A DNA stretch of 64,000 nucleotides from Octopus sinensis (GCF_006345805.1 NC_042997.1:200694001-200758000), one strand, 5' to 3'. Positions 37,984 through 51,735 are shown, counted from the stretch's first letter. The notes: generated by a model from the letters alone, not told the origin. Made by a program: numbers and translations.

Positions 37984-38840
37984 GCTTCGTGCTGCATCTG
38001 AGAAAGTAACAGTTAGTTTATGATATATATGTATGCGCGTGTGTGTGTATGTATGTATGTATGTATGTATTATTAAGTAACTGCAACATAAAATTCCTCT
38101 CAGTTTCGATTCTATGAAAAATTTTAAAAATGACGCCTGTGCCATCATTCACTTTCTTTACGTGACATCATGAATACTGTTTTTTTTTCTTAAATTTTAT
38201 TTATTTTATATCATGCAATCGTTTGTTATAGGTTTCCAACAGGCCAATCATTGCTTCGCTGCATTTCCAATTTCGAGAGTGACAACGGAATATCTGTGTT
38301 AAGCGAATGGAATATTACTAAGTTGCATATAATTGCGATGGAGACTGTCTCCGCTTGTCATTCCTCTTTCTTAAGGGAGACTTGTACGTACAGTAGTTGG
38401 TGTTATGAAACAAAAGAAAACTAGTTTATATTTATTGTGACTTGGCTACTAATAAAATATAATACTCATGGCTTATTTATGGGATTCTTTTAAAAGAGGA
38501 GTAACGTTGTTCTTTGATTCCTACATATGCTACTGTAAAAATGTCTATTAAAGCTGGAAACTTTCAGAGATCAATCGTATCTGAAAAGATAAAATAAATT
38601 AAACTAAGAGACATAACGACAAACTACAACTAATGCATTTATACAGAAATGTCCTTTGTCGATTTGTCAAAGTATTTCGGCGGAGTTCTATTTATTGCTA
38701 CTTAGATTCTTTTGCTTTCTTTTTTTTTTTGTGTGTGTGTTTGCTTTTTCTTCTTTTTCATTTTTTGTTTTTTTTTTTGTTTTTTTTTTTGAAATTTTCA
38801 CTTTAGCATTAAAAAAGAAGTGAACTTTTAACTTTTATCG

Positions 38841-39152
38841 TTTTCTTGTTTCAGTCATTAGACGGCGGCCATGTTAGAGTTTTTTGTCGCATAAACCGAT
38901 CTCAGTATTTTTTTCTAAGCTTGGTATTTTATAACACGGGTCTCTTTCTATTGAATCGGTAAGTTACGGAGGACATAAACACACCTACACCAGTCGACAA
39001 AGCGGTGGCAAGGGACAAACACAGACATAAAAAACGCGCACATCCATACACACATAAATCTATTCACAAGGCTTAGGACTGAACCCGGAACCATGTGGTT
39101 AGGAAACAAACTTCTTATCCCCCAGCCACATCTCAGCCACATTTGCACCTAA
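38841..39152 (-). mobile_element. SINE family B, diverged and internally deleted
   Basis: Homology to the other B copies. Confidence 0.7.
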
Positions 39153-39657
39153 ATAGGAATTTTAAAAAGTACTCTCTCTCTCTCCCACTTTCTCTCCCTC
39201 TTTCCCTCTTTTTTTTTTCTCTCTCTCTCTCTTTCTGTATATGTATATATATGCACATATATGTATAGATAGATAGATATATCGATAGATATTCATGTAT
39301 AAGTGTGTGTTTGCATATATGTGTGTGTGAGTATGTATGTATGCATGCATATATGTAAGTATGTTTGTATGTATATATATCATAAATTTTAAAGGCACAC
39401 TCCTATATATGTGAATGTATATGTGTACTTTATATATAATTTATGCAAAACAGGCCGTGCATCATACAAATAAATAATTGTAAATAGTATGACGCCGTGC
39501 TTTAAGAGCAATGTAAATATGTCAAAATCATTCCTTCACAGCTTTTGGTGTGCAGAATAAGAGAAGGTGAAGTCTCTAGAGACCATTTCACAGTTGTTAA
39601 TCCTCTCCACAAAGGACTGCTCGGTTTTCTTCTCACAATCAGGAGCATACATAATTA

Positions 39658-39892
39658 ATTCTTTATTGCTCACAGGAGGCTAAATAAACACAGAGGGGAC
39701 AAACAAGGACAGACAATGGGATTAAGTCGATTACATCGACCCCAGTACGTAACTGGTACTTATGTAATCGACCTTGAAAGGATGAAAGGCAAAGTCGACC
39801 TCGGCGGAATTTGAACTCAGAACGTAGCGGCAGACGAAAAACTGTTAAGCATTTCACCTGGTGTGTTAACGATTCTGCCAGCTCGCCGCCTT
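39658..39892 (-). mobile_element. SINE family A
   Basis: Full head and body. Confidence 0.9.
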
Positions 39893-40370
39893 TCAGGAAC
39901 ATACATAATGCGCTCACAGATTACATAAGACAGAATTAATTTCTTCATTTTCAGTATATCGATGGTATTAGCCTAATTTATAACTGGTTTATAAGACAGG
40001 AATATTCTACGCTGCAGAAGCAAAAAGGCAACCAAGTACTTTCTCTCTGAGGAGGTGCCAAAAAATCATGAAACGGTGCATTAAGAGACTCTCCCGACAT
40101 TTCTGCGAACGTCAGAAGCAGAGAAAGTGGTTACATTCTTGTTTCTCTTACCTCTAGGCATTCGAAGACATTTGACATCTACTTCTAGCGCATTGGCGTT
40201 GTCCCCCTAGCCCCCTTAAATATAATTATACATTTATAATTGTATACTTAAATATAGACTTTACCGATGTGGTGGTTATTATACGCTGGCCACTGATAAT
40301 CATAAGAGTCGAGAGAGCAGACTGAGTTTGTAAACTAAAGGATAGTTGAATGGTATTCATAGACTTAAGA

Positions 40371-40593
40371 AAGGCGTCCAGCTGGCAGAAACGTTAGCAC
40401 GCTGGGCGAAATGCGTAACCGTATTTCGTCTGCCGCTACGTTCTGAGTTCAAATTCCGCCGAGGTCGACTTTGCCTTTCATCCTTTCGGGGTCGATTAAA
40501 TAAGTACCAGTTACGCACTGGGGTCGATATAATCGACTTAATCCGTTTGTCTGTCCTTGTTAGCTCCTTGTAGATAGTAAAGAAATAGGTATT
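40371..40593 (+). mobile_element. SINE family A
   Basis: Full head and body; ACTTAAGA direct repeats near both ends. Confidence 0.9.
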
Positions 40594-40837
40594 CTTATAC
40601 TTAAGATATCATTAAACTCAGCAACGTCGCTCATAAGCACTGGCACTGGCTAAGCAGGCGAGCATACCAGCTGGCTGTAGGCACCAAACATGACATATGA
40701 ACCTGTCAAACATATTTTATACATGCATATGCGCGCATGCGTGTGTACACTCATACGTTATGTGTTGAAAGTTTGTTTCGCAAATGTGAGTCTTGCGTTC
40801 GATCCTACTGTGTGGCACTCAGAGTACATGTTTTCTA

Positions 40838-41422
<585 letters not shown>

Positions 41423-42129
41423 TTGCGCTCTCTTTGCAAGATATTCCGCTGAATTGCTCTCGTGAATATAACTGTTTAACGTCAAAAGTAAATGATCTAA
41501 CGCTATTTTTCATTTATTAATTTTATTTGAAAACCATGATTGAATAAGGAAAGTTATTATTCATTCCTTTAATTATAATATATCTCTAATACCTTTTCCC
41601 TTCAAGTTTTATAATTTGAGAATTAGCAGGTTTCCTGGTTGCTGTTTGAATCCAGAAGCAACGACGTCAACGATACACCATAAGGAATGGAGTTTAGTTA
41701 TCTATTGTCTTGTCAATTAAAATAAAAATTCTTATACAAAAGCTTTCTTTGAAGATTATTATTTTCCATTTCTCAAGGTAAATGTCTTCAATTAAACAAG
41801 GAAATCATAATAAGATAAAAATATGTATAATGAATATTTAAGAATGTTACATGAAATTTCGAAAAGCTGGCCATGTTTTATCAATGATACTTTTAGCCTA
41901 CATGTGATTATTCTTAATGATGGATCACACAATAACATAACAAGCAGGTATCTTTAGAGAAAGTAAATTGTTCATTGTAAATATCTTAATTCTTTTCAAA
42001 TATCCTGTAAATATCGTTATTCATGATAATGACGTTCTACATCAGAAACTGATCTAGATTTTATTGAATAAAATATAAAACAATATTTGCATTCCATTAA
42101 AGAAAAATCACTGTTCTATTATTCACGAC

Positions 42130-42810
42130 AGAGGATTGTCAGAACTGTAAGAGCGCCTAACAAAATTCCTTGCGGTATTTGTTTGGCTGGTTATGTCCTG
42201 AGTTCAGGTGCTGCCGAGGTTCACTTTGTTTTCATCCTTCTGGGGTCGATAAAATAAACATCTAGTGAAGTGCTGGTGTTGCATTAATTGACTACCCCAT
42301 TCCCTAAAAAATATCAGGTTTTCTGCCTAAATAAGAAAAATAATTAGAATATATTTCGAGCGATGGATTAACAGATTTGTTAGAATATCTGGGACAGTGC
42401 CTTCTGATATTTAATTGCTGCTCTTTATGTCTGAGTTCAAATCACACCGAGATTAATTTTATTTTTCATCTATACGTGATCGACAAAATAAAGTGGTATT
42501 AGCTGATCCCCTCTCTGAAAATTTAAAGCATTGTGCCTATATTAGGAGTAATTATTTTTGTGGTTTTATTGAATTCTTTATGATCTTGAGCTAAAGTTAT
42601 GAATTATTAGAGATGGTGGAGTAACAGAGTCAGTTGGATGCTTGCCAAAAAGCATTGTATATCTGCCTTTAAATTCTAAATTCGGAATCCAAGTTCAACT
42701 TTGCCTTTCATCTTTCCGGGTCAATAATATAAATGCCAATCATTGTATTTGGCCTAATCGACTGCCCTCTCCCACTATATTCAAGGCCTTGTACCTAAGT
42801 TCGTGAAAAT
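42130..42810 (+). mobile_element. three old, diverged family A-related SINE copies
   Basis: Repeated degenerate GAGTTCAAAT...TTTCATC...GGGGTCGATAAAAT...GGCCTTGT motifs. Confidence 0.6.
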
Positions 42811-43842
42811 CGTTATTTATTGTAGAAAAAAAACAGCTCTTCAATCAGAATCTGTTCATTTGATGTAATATTTGTGTGTTTTTTAACGTATATTAAATAT
42901 ATTGTATTTATTTTATGACTGTTATATCAAAGAGCAGCAAGATGGCTATATTTCTGATGTCTTTCTTAGTGCAAAGAAAGATATATTGTTGAAATATGTC
43001 TAAATTTCAGTTGCTTAGTTTGTTCACTTCGACATGATTTCACGAGATGCAACTGATACCAGTTCCTACGAAGAGAGGAAAGAGAGTACGTTTTAATGAC
43101 TGTGAATAAAACAGCATAATGTTGTAATAAGTAATTTCAACCGGGTATTTAGTTTGTTGAAACTCTATCATAGATCAAAGAATCTAATTAGGACGTGGTG
43201 TTCCAAGAATAATTCAGTCACTGATAACTTTTTAACTAATGGTTCATTCTTCATAATTGAATTTTAATCATTTTAAAATAGATCGTCTTTTCTTTTCAAT
43301 GTTGAACGACATGTTAAGTTAAGCGTTGCAAGTTCAATGATTCCATGCTTAAAATTCTGTTTAAAATATTCATCAACGTAAGCAGTGGAATTTCTTTGTC
43401 TTGTTTGTTTGCATTAGACATAATCTGTATTGCTGCATTGCACCATTCATTTCATCTGTTTGGTGGTGGGTTGCCATGAATCAATTCTAGGCATATGAAT
43501 ACTCTTTCAAATTGAAAATGCCCCAAATTCACTTTTCAAACTGAACACTGTGATTAGTGCGAACAGAGCTTGGAGCATCGATCAATGTTAATAATGAGGA
43601 GAGGCTTTAACTAATAGCTTTGTAAAGTGGCTTTCCTGAAGGGAAATGTAAAAGGTTAATGCATGAAACTATAAAATATAAAAAGTGAAAATGTAAAAGT
43701 TGTCTATTTTAGTATTTTATTTTAAACCAATAATATCCATTGACAACAACTGCCAAAGTTTTGTGGATTTCTAAGTTTCCCTACAATAATTTTTTGATGA
43801 ACTTAAAGTCAATGAATATTTAATGTTTTGGGGGTTTCTTAA

Positions 43843-44045
43843 CCCTTTCGTTGCCAACCCGTCTGAAACCGGCTCTGGTTCTGAGTACGAATGTCTTGTT
43901 TATATATGTTTTGAATTAAAATCTTCCACCAAACCTTAGTCACAATTTATGTTCCTAACACTAGCTTAATGATAACTAAGTTATTATACTAAATTCTTTG
44001 TTATATTTAAAGTAATTGAAAGAAACACAGATCATCTCAAAATAC
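43843..44045 (+). mobile_element. piggyBac-type MITE, right end degraded
   Basis: TTAA|CCCTTTCGTTGCCAAC left end; no intact right TIR. Confidence 0.5.
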
Positions 44046-44308
44046 TTCTCAAAACGAAATACTTTATGAAATTTTGTTTCAACACATACAGCAGAAACAG
44101 TCAAAGATGAACGTTTACCTCTAAATTCAATTTTGATATTATGATTATTACACAAATTCCCAAGATGGCAAAACGACGTTTTCTACAGTAAACACAAAAT
44201 TCTGTTATCGGATAATCAATATTTTTACTCCAGTGTTTACAGTTGTTTTTCCAATTTATGTTAAGCTTGTTTCTGTCAATAGATTTCAACTTTCGATATG
44301 ATTTAAGG

Positions 44309-44563
44309 TAGTGTTTCCCAACCAGTTTTTATCTATGGCCCCCTAGGTTTCCTATTTTACTCAGATGGACCCTCATATCTATTCGATGTTCCAAAAATCC
44401 TATTATAATTTTATAATTAAATATTATTAGGAATTGTCTCAAAAGAATTAAAACATTTTGTGATTTGTTGAAATATAAACAAATTATAGCACAAAAATTA
44501 TTTTAACAATAAAATCTTATATGAACTCCCAAGGGCCTTGTGGGCTCTGTTTGAGAATCACTG
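44309..44563. mobile_element. hAT-type MITE
   Basis: TIRs TAGTGTTTCCCAACC / GTTTGAGAATCACTG; degenerate 8-bp TSD ATTTAAGG/ACTTAAAG. Confidence 0.7.
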
Positions 44564-45145
44564 ACTTAAAGTATAATTCCCTACAAAGTCATATTTCCAG
44601 GACCTTCAGGAATGAGAGCCATTTCATTATCATTATCAATACGCTACCAATGATTTTTCTCCAAATGATATTTCTGCTTGGGCGTTTGATTATATCTAAC
44701 TACCATTCGGTCTGGCACCCACGTTTTCGATGTATTCTTACGAAATGCTCTGCAATCTTGCAATGAAGTTATTCTTTAAAAACACCAAAGCAAAACACAA
44801 GAGCAAGTTTTGTCCTCTACTGAATTTTACTCCTCGACAGTGGCAACGTATAAAATATGGTTATACTACAGACCAAGACATTAAAAGTGGTATCTTCCAT
44901 TTCGACTGTAGAAATATTATCCGGCCACGAAAAAGGGTCTCTCGGCTTTTTAGTCAAAACAAAATAATGGAAAATTGCCTTTAGATTAATTTCCTTGCTT
45001 AGTACTGAGCAAAAATTCATTTTTAACATCTTCCAGAAATCTTATAGGAAATGCGCATTTCAATCTTTGTCTAAGAGAACTTACAAAATCATTAATAGAT
45101 TATCCAGGTTTGAATGAATATAGCTTTATTCCTTGAGGGAACATA

Positions 45146-45229
<84 letters not shown>

Positions 45230-45437
45230 CAGATCCATACACAGACATCTATGTATATATATATATATATATATGAGCAAAAAAGCTTATTCTAAAATCT
45301 AAGAGATGAACGCAGTAGTTGTACTAGCAAGTAATGTTCGCAATCACTTCAACATTGCTGTTCTGTTTCGAACGGACTTTACTGCGATTCTTTTATCTTC
45401 AAGAGGACATCTGCTCTAGCTGGTTAACGATGCGACG

Positions 45438-45485
45438 CCAGCAGACCAGCCTGGTTTCGGGCTATTTCTGCTTCTTCAGTACTGG
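45438..45485 (-). ncRNA. minimal hammerhead-like cassette (canonical core, GUC triplet, damaged stem II)
   Basis: Minus: CCAGTA CTGAAGA AGCagaaataGCCC GAA ACCAGGCTGGT C TGCTGG. Confidence 0.55.
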
Positions 45486-45492
45486 ACACTTC

Positions 45493-45493
<1 letters not shown>

Positions 45494-45560
<67 letters not shown>

Positions 45561-45565
45561 TATAT

Positions 45566-45622
<57 letters not shown>

Positions 45623-45626
45623 CATA

Positions 45627-45691
<65 letters not shown>

Positions 45692-45698
45692 ATATATA

Positions 45699-45762
<64 letters not shown>

Positions 45763-45787
45763 TATATATACATATATATATATATAC

Positions 45788-45842
<55 letters not shown>

Positions 45843-45845
45843 TAT
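45494..45845. repeat. long (AT)n microsatellite
   Basis: Direct reading. Confidence 0.95.
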
Positions 45846-45849
45846 AGTT

Positions 45850-46023
45850 AATCCAAACAAGAAAACACAACAACGCGAGGACGTTGAACAAATAAAGTAT
45901 TATTGGACGCTCAGAAAAGAAGGGAAGAGGAGGTTTTAATTTCGAGCGGAGTTCTTCGTCGGAAACATAGGAGAAGGAAAGAAGGGAAGTCAGAGGAAAA
46001 ATCGCCAGCGGTACTCACGAGGT

Positions 46024-46030
<7 letters not shown>
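45850..46030 (-). mobile_element. Penelope-like pLTR fragment with degenerate hammerhead-like cassette (45933-45966)
   Basis: Minus: GTTT CCGACGA A GAAC tcc GCTC GAAAT... Confidence 0.5.
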
Positions 46031-46062
<32 letters not shown>

Positions 46063-46070
46063 ACACACAC

Positions 46071-46132
<62 letters not shown>

Positions 46133-46159
46133 CGTGTGCGTGTATATATAAACTGGTAC

Positions 46160-46415
46160 TACATCTCCTTAAGACAATGAGGTTTCCGGTGGATCTAATT
46201 CAACACACACCCTGCTTGTCAAATTCATGTGCAAGTGGCAGGGCACTCCACAGAATGCGTTGAGACTTGGTCCGATCAAATACAGTTGCAACTCATTTTT
46301 GCCACCCGAGTGGACAAGAGCAACGTGAAATAAGATGTCTTGCCCAAGGATACAACACTCAGCCAGGAATCGAACTCACAACTTTACAATCGCGAACTGA
46401 ATACCCCGACCAAAA
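46160..46415 (-). mobile_element. tRNA-derived SINE, diverged (related to 60040)
   Basis: GAGTTCGATTCCTGG B box on minus; CTTGGGCAAGACATCTTATTTCACGTTGCTC; TGCACATGAATTTGAC. Confidence 0.65.
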
Positions 46416-47039
46416 CATCTTCACTTATATGTGTGTGTGTGTGTGTTTAAAAATCACAAATAGTTATTATCATTACTATCATCATCATCATCATCATCAT
46501 CATTATCCTCCCTTCCTCCTCCTCCTCCTCCTCCTCATCATCATCATCATCATCATTATCAGCAGCAACAGCAGCCTCATCATCACTAAATATTTGCACA
46601 ATAGTTAGCGTTGGTGATTTTGTCGGTTTTGTTTGCTGACCATTAAGCCTCTACCCGTTGTTATCAGACAATCAACACATATCTTAAAATTCTTGCTGTT
46701 CTGAGGAGACATGCTTTCAGAGGATTTACCAAGTTAATTGTTATGCTAATCATGCAAAGCCATTTAGTGATAATTCCACACACTGTATTCTAAGAAGAAT
46801 TACTTTTTGCAAATCGAAAGCCTTTTAAATCTTCACTTTAGCTCCGTGTATTTACTCACTACTTTCTCACTTTCTCTTCTACTTTCACCCTTATGTCACG
46901 TGAACAGGCTGCATCTATTGCCATTCAAGTTTTAGTGTCTTTCTCTAGTTCAACGACATCTAATCTTTTATTATTATTTCTTTACTGGACAGGCTTGGAA
47001 TATAAAATACTGGTTTTAGTTGGAATATTTCCTTCAAAC

Positions 47040-47233
47040 AGGGCGGTGAACTGGTAGAATCGTTAGCACGCCGGGCGAAATGCTTAGCAGTATTTCATCT
47101 GTGGCTACGTTCTGAGTTCAAATTGTGCCGAGGTCGACTTTGCCTTTCATCCTTTCGAGGTCGATTAAATAAGTACCAGTTACGCACTGGGGTCGATGAA
47201 ATCGACTTAATCCGTGTGTCTGTCCTTGTTTTT
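47040..47233 (+). mobile_element. SINE family A, 3'-truncated, directly joined to an R4-type LINE
   Basis: Head and body intact to ...TTTCCTCTCTGTG; LINE sequence starts immediately after. Confidence 0.85.
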
Positions 47234-48705
47234 CCTCTCTGTGAAAGAGAAAATAAAAAAAGAATATTATAGACGAGTTAGATCAATACTAAAAACAGAG
47301 CTCAATGCTAAAAACAAGATAATAGGTATTAACACTTTAGCTGTCCCAGTTATAAGTTACAGCTACAATATCCTTAACTGGACACGAAATGAACTGACCA
47401 AAATAATAGGAAAGAGAAAAATAATGACAGGATCTAGGATGCCTCACCCAAAATCTGACATAGAAAGACTATATATACAACGTATAGAAGGTGGTAGAGG
47501 CCTTATACAACTGGAAAACTACTATAAAATAACCACCATAGGACTGCAAAAATATCTACTTCAGAAGAAGGAAAACTGATACAAATAGCGGCAAAACACG
47601 AGCAAAACAAAAAACTGTTCTCAGTATTTAAGGAAGCTGACAAATACAAACAAGAAATCATACCACCTAATAAATATGAAGAAGAAGAAGAAGAGAAGAA
47701 GAAGAAGAAGAAGAAGAAGAGAGAAGAAGAAGAAGAAGAAGAAGAAGAAGATGAAGAAGAAGAAGCAGAAGAAGATGAAGAAAACAACAAAGCTAAAACA
47801 ATGAAATCCAAACTAAACATAGAACAGCAACGAGCCATGATAAAACGATGGCAAGAAAAGCCCCTTCATGGTAAATACTGCACTAAACTAAACGCAAAAG
47901 AAATAGACAAAGAAAAATCCCAGCAATGGTTGAGAAGCTCAGACTCAAAGCAGAAACAGAGGGATTTTTAATTGCAGCACAAGACCAAGCCTCCCCACCA
48001 GAAATTACCAAAACATGTAATGAAAAGAAATATTACAAGTAACTGCAGAATATGTGGAGATGGACAAGAAACATAAATCATATTATCTCTAGCTGCCCAG
48101 TCCTGGCTAAGAAGGAATATATTCACAGACATGACAGAGTTGGAACCTACATACATTGGAAGCTATGCCAACTTATGGAATAACAACAGAAAAAAGATGG
48201 TATAGGCACACACCAGAAAAGGTCACAGAAAACGAGAAAGCAACCATACTCTGGGATATGCCGATACACACAGATAGAGAAATTAAGGCCAACAGGCCAG
48301 ATATAGTTGTCAGAGATCATGAAGAAAAAAATGCTTTCTAATTGATGTATCAATACCGGCAGATGACAACGTGTCTCTAAAAGAAATGGAGAAACTCTCA
48401 AAATACAAAGACCTGGAATAGAGGTAACTAGAATGTGGAATCTGAAAACAGAAACAATTCTATCATAGTAGGTGCATTAGGCATGATAAAAAAATATTCA
48501 GACAAATACATAACAAAAACACCAGGACTTACAAACACATATAACATACAGAAAATTGCACTACTAGGCACTGCACACATCCTACGCAGAACACTTTCCA
48601 TACAATAACCATCAGAGCATCACAACAAATCACAACACATACCCAAGGCACACAGAGCTGCGTTCGGTAGTGAATTGAAAGCACGCTATAAAAATAAAAC
48701 TACTG
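47234..48705 (+). pseudogene. R4/Dong-clade non-LTR retrotransposon, 5'-truncated (post-RT region, CCHC knuckle, restriction-like endonuclease, 3' UTR, (TAA)n tail)
   Basis: Peptides RLYIQRIEGGRGLIQL, KPLHGKY, LIAAQDQ, CRICGDGQET..HIISSCP, HRHDRV, ILWDMPIHTDREIKANRPDIVV, IDVSIP..EK..KYKDL, IVGALG and ALLGTAHILRRTL; multiple frameshifts. Confidence 0.9.
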
Positions 48706-48722
48706 AATAATAATAATAATAA

Positions 48723-49361
48723 TAAATGCCCTGATGCAGTACCAATGCCCTGATGCAGTATAAATGCCCTGATGCAGTACCAATGCCCTGATGCAGTACC
48801 ATAAATGCCCTGATGCAGTACCAGGCAGTGGCTCTCATGGCTTCTGATCTTAACTGATTGGAAGTGTTATCATGTACATTGTTTTGTCTTGGTATAAAAG
48901 ATGGGCTACAGCAAATATTCTGCTCAATACCACAGATTTGCTTGTCAGTTGTTTGACCTAAACCAGTTGAGCATGACTCTTAGTGGCTGACGATATGTGC
49001 AACTCTGATCACGAGCAGAAGTAGTGGGGGAGCATCATAGCCATGTGTTGAGAGTCATTCTTTGGGGTTTGAATAATTCACCTCTGGAAACATGGGTGGT
49101 TCTTTCAACATCCTTAAACAACCCTTATTCAGGGACCTTTTGAGCGGGATGGGCTACTCAACCTGAAGAAAATTCTAACTGGGCCCCACCTGCAAGGTCA
49201 TGTGCTGTTTATCTTGATATGAGATCACCATGTCGCGCACATATGGTTATGATGCATGTGCCTGGTGTACCCTTATCAGACGGGTAGTCCTGATGGGTAT
49301 ATTGGGCTTCGTATATTTTACCCTAGTGTCACTTTGATGGCATGAACTGCTCTCTCACTCA

Positions 49362-49362
<1 letters not shown>
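48723..49362 (+). mobile_element. ~640-bp non-coding retroposon-like element embedded in (TAA)n
   Basis: Second copy on the minus strand at 55838-56353; both copies flanked by TAA repeats; no ORF or tRNA head seen. Confidence 0.8.
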
Positions 49363-49404
<42 letters not shown>

Positions 49405-49406
<2 letters not shown>

Positions 49407-49555
49407 TATCGAAAAATACCTTAGGAATAAGAACCCAGGTTCGAATTTTCCCCAAGACACCTGATGAAGGCTGGAGGATATATCAACTGAAGCGTTGTGT
49501 TAACAACAAACAAGATGAGGACAAATATCCGTCAAATGTAAATAATGTAAATAAT
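49405..49555 (+). mobile_element. Penelope-like terminal fragment with degenerate hammerhead-like cassette (49457-49500)
   Basis: ACAC CTGATGA A GGCTG gaggatatat CAACT GAA GCGT T GTGT; A15.1 mutated to G. Confidence 0.6.
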
Positions 49556-49803
49556 CCAAGTAACAATCTCAAAATCCTAGCTGCCCCCAACAGAGCAGTT
49601 TTTTGGCTCTGCTCTCATGTCAATTCCAATTTCTTTGACATATTTCTTGAACTTGGTTGTTAGTGTTCCGAGTGCCCTTACAACTATTGGAATGACAGAC
49701 ACTCTCCTCATAGTCCACATTCTTGCAATTTCGTCTTTTAGTAGTCTGTACTTTTCAATATTTTCTAGTTCTTTGTCATTTATGCGTGCATCCCTAAGTA
49801 TTG
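49556..49803 (-). pseudogene. R4/Dong-type LINE endonuclease C-terminal fragment
   Basis: Minus: ...INDKELENIEKYRLLKDEIARMWTMRRVSVIPIVVRALGT...(Q)KTALLGAARILRLLLG. Confidence 0.85.
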
Positions 49804-49825
49804 ATTATTATTATTATTATTATTA

Positions 49826-49957
<132 letters not shown>

Positions 49958-49970
49958 CATTATTATATTT

Positions 49971-50164
49971 TACTTCTCAGAGCTCTCGGTTATACTTGCC
50001 CTGTATGATTCTGTGAGTGCGGACAGCAACCCGTTGTCAGAGGTCTCACGGGGTCTCTTTCCGCAAATTATTAGCTTTGGTACCTGGATGTTAACATACC
50101 ATGGAAGACTCTCAACACCCAAGCATCAATCTCGTAATCCTTGATGTCTCCATGTCAATTCCAA

Positions 50165-50165
<1 letters not shown>
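49971..50165 (-). mobile_element. R4/Dong-type ORF end plus 3' UTR with (TAA)n tail
   Basis: TTGGAATTGACATG shared with 49617-49630; ...RITRLMLGC* followed by UTR, then (TAA)n at 49803-49968. Confidence 0.55.
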
Positions 50166-50216
<51 letters not shown>

Positions 50217-50656
50217 GCTGCTGCTGTTTCTGTCGTTGTTGTTATCTTTACTGAATGTTGGGTCTTTTGATTTTACGGTATTCTATTCCTGGAATCCTTT
50301 AAATCTTCGGGAATTCAGTCGTAACTTCCAGTATAAAATGTTATTTGTCTATTTCTAGAGCATGAACATGCTATTGTGGAAAGTATTGATAGATTTAACC
50401 AATCAATTCTTGCTTATCGTCATATATTCCTCTAAATTTTAATGTTTGAGTTTGTGTTAACACCTAGCTAGAACCAGTCGTCTTTAATTGCATTGAAATT
50501 TAAGTTTGCTAATTACGGCTCCACTAATGTCAGACGCTCGAGGTAAACAGACTTAAAGGAAGCTTTGCATCTCATAAATGCTCACTGATTTTCTTTCAGT
50601 TGCTCACATCAACTCATTTTGGATGCATCAAACCAAACATATATTTATTGATTTTT

Positions 50657-51060
50657 CATCATCATCATTGTTCGACTGTGGTCGAGACAATGGAATTTAC
50701 TATGTTACGCCAGACTTCACGGTCCGTCATAGCATTACGCAGGTCCTGTTGCTGGATGCCTGTATCCCTGGAGATTTACCTCAGGGTAGAAGAGTGTGCG
50801 CCCTCTGGTATCGCGAGCAGATGGCTTCCAGAGGAGAAGAGTAGATATTGCCTCGTTTTCAGCTCTACAACAATGTCCAGCAAACTGGACTCTTCTACCT
50901 TTCACAAGAGATGATATAGGTGGTAGTTTCCCATATATTTGTACTTTGGTTGGATGACGCTTCCACAAGAGATTTTGAGCTCTCATAAGGAAGCGAGTGT
51001 AAGTTCCATCCAACCGCCTCTCAAGCTTCTTTGATAACGTCCAGGTTTCTGAGCTATATT
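50657..51060 (-). pseudogene. RTE-type LINE 3' fragment
   Basis: YSSETWTLSKKLERRLDGTYTRFLMRAQNL...RRVQFAGHC...LLLWKP; (GAT)n tail. Confidence 0.9.
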
Positions 51061-51254
51061 GATTTTTAGAGGACATTTTCCTGGCCAGAGGAGGAAATGG
51101 CAGCGTACATGATTCTATCCAGGCTCTCTAAGACAAAATGAATGGAAGGAAAGAATTTACCCTTGAATCTGAGACATGGTGTAAATGTTTCCAATGGAGC
51201 GTATTCTGCAAAAGGCACCCAAGGAACAGGAAGCAGATAAACTACTTCTACGTA

Positions 51255-51735
51255 GTGATCATTCTCGTTTTTGCTGCTGTGATACCCTTATATGACTTTC
51301 AAGCCCGGCCAAGCTTTTACACATTTTATTACATACTAGACAACTGTGCTGGCTGGCAGATAAACAGGTGCCACCAAATACACTCTCTTAACATGTCTTT
51401 TTAGACCTCCAACTGAGAGGCACACCCTTCCACATTTTACACACGTTCTGTTATGAATTTTAATACCCACATCAATGTTTATCATGGGTCGATTTCTATG
51501 AGATGGCTCACCAGGCCTGCACGACTCAAATGCCTCCGCCCACAAACCACACACATAAAAAACAACACTCTCACTTTCCACAGGTTCCCCCCTTCTAAGC
51601 CTCCTCCTAATTCTCTCATACTTCACTCTCTCCCTCTCAAACCTTAAACAACCATCATGCACTATCTTCCTCCATCCATCATGGTCTTGTGCCTCCCTCT
51701 CCCAATTACCTGCTGCAATCCCTGTCTGTATTAGA
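51255..51735 (-). pseudogene. RTE-type LINE C-terminus with three C2H2-like fingers
   Basis: WEREAQDHDGWRKIVHDG..FE, then CGLCGRRHLSRAGLVSH (frameshift-corrected), CVKCGRVCLSVGGLKRH and CLVCNKMCKSLAGLESH. Confidence 0.75.

Noticed and set aside
44620-44984. Non-repetitive open frame (YQYATNDF...ENCL)
   Set aside because: Internal stop, no motif and no splice support
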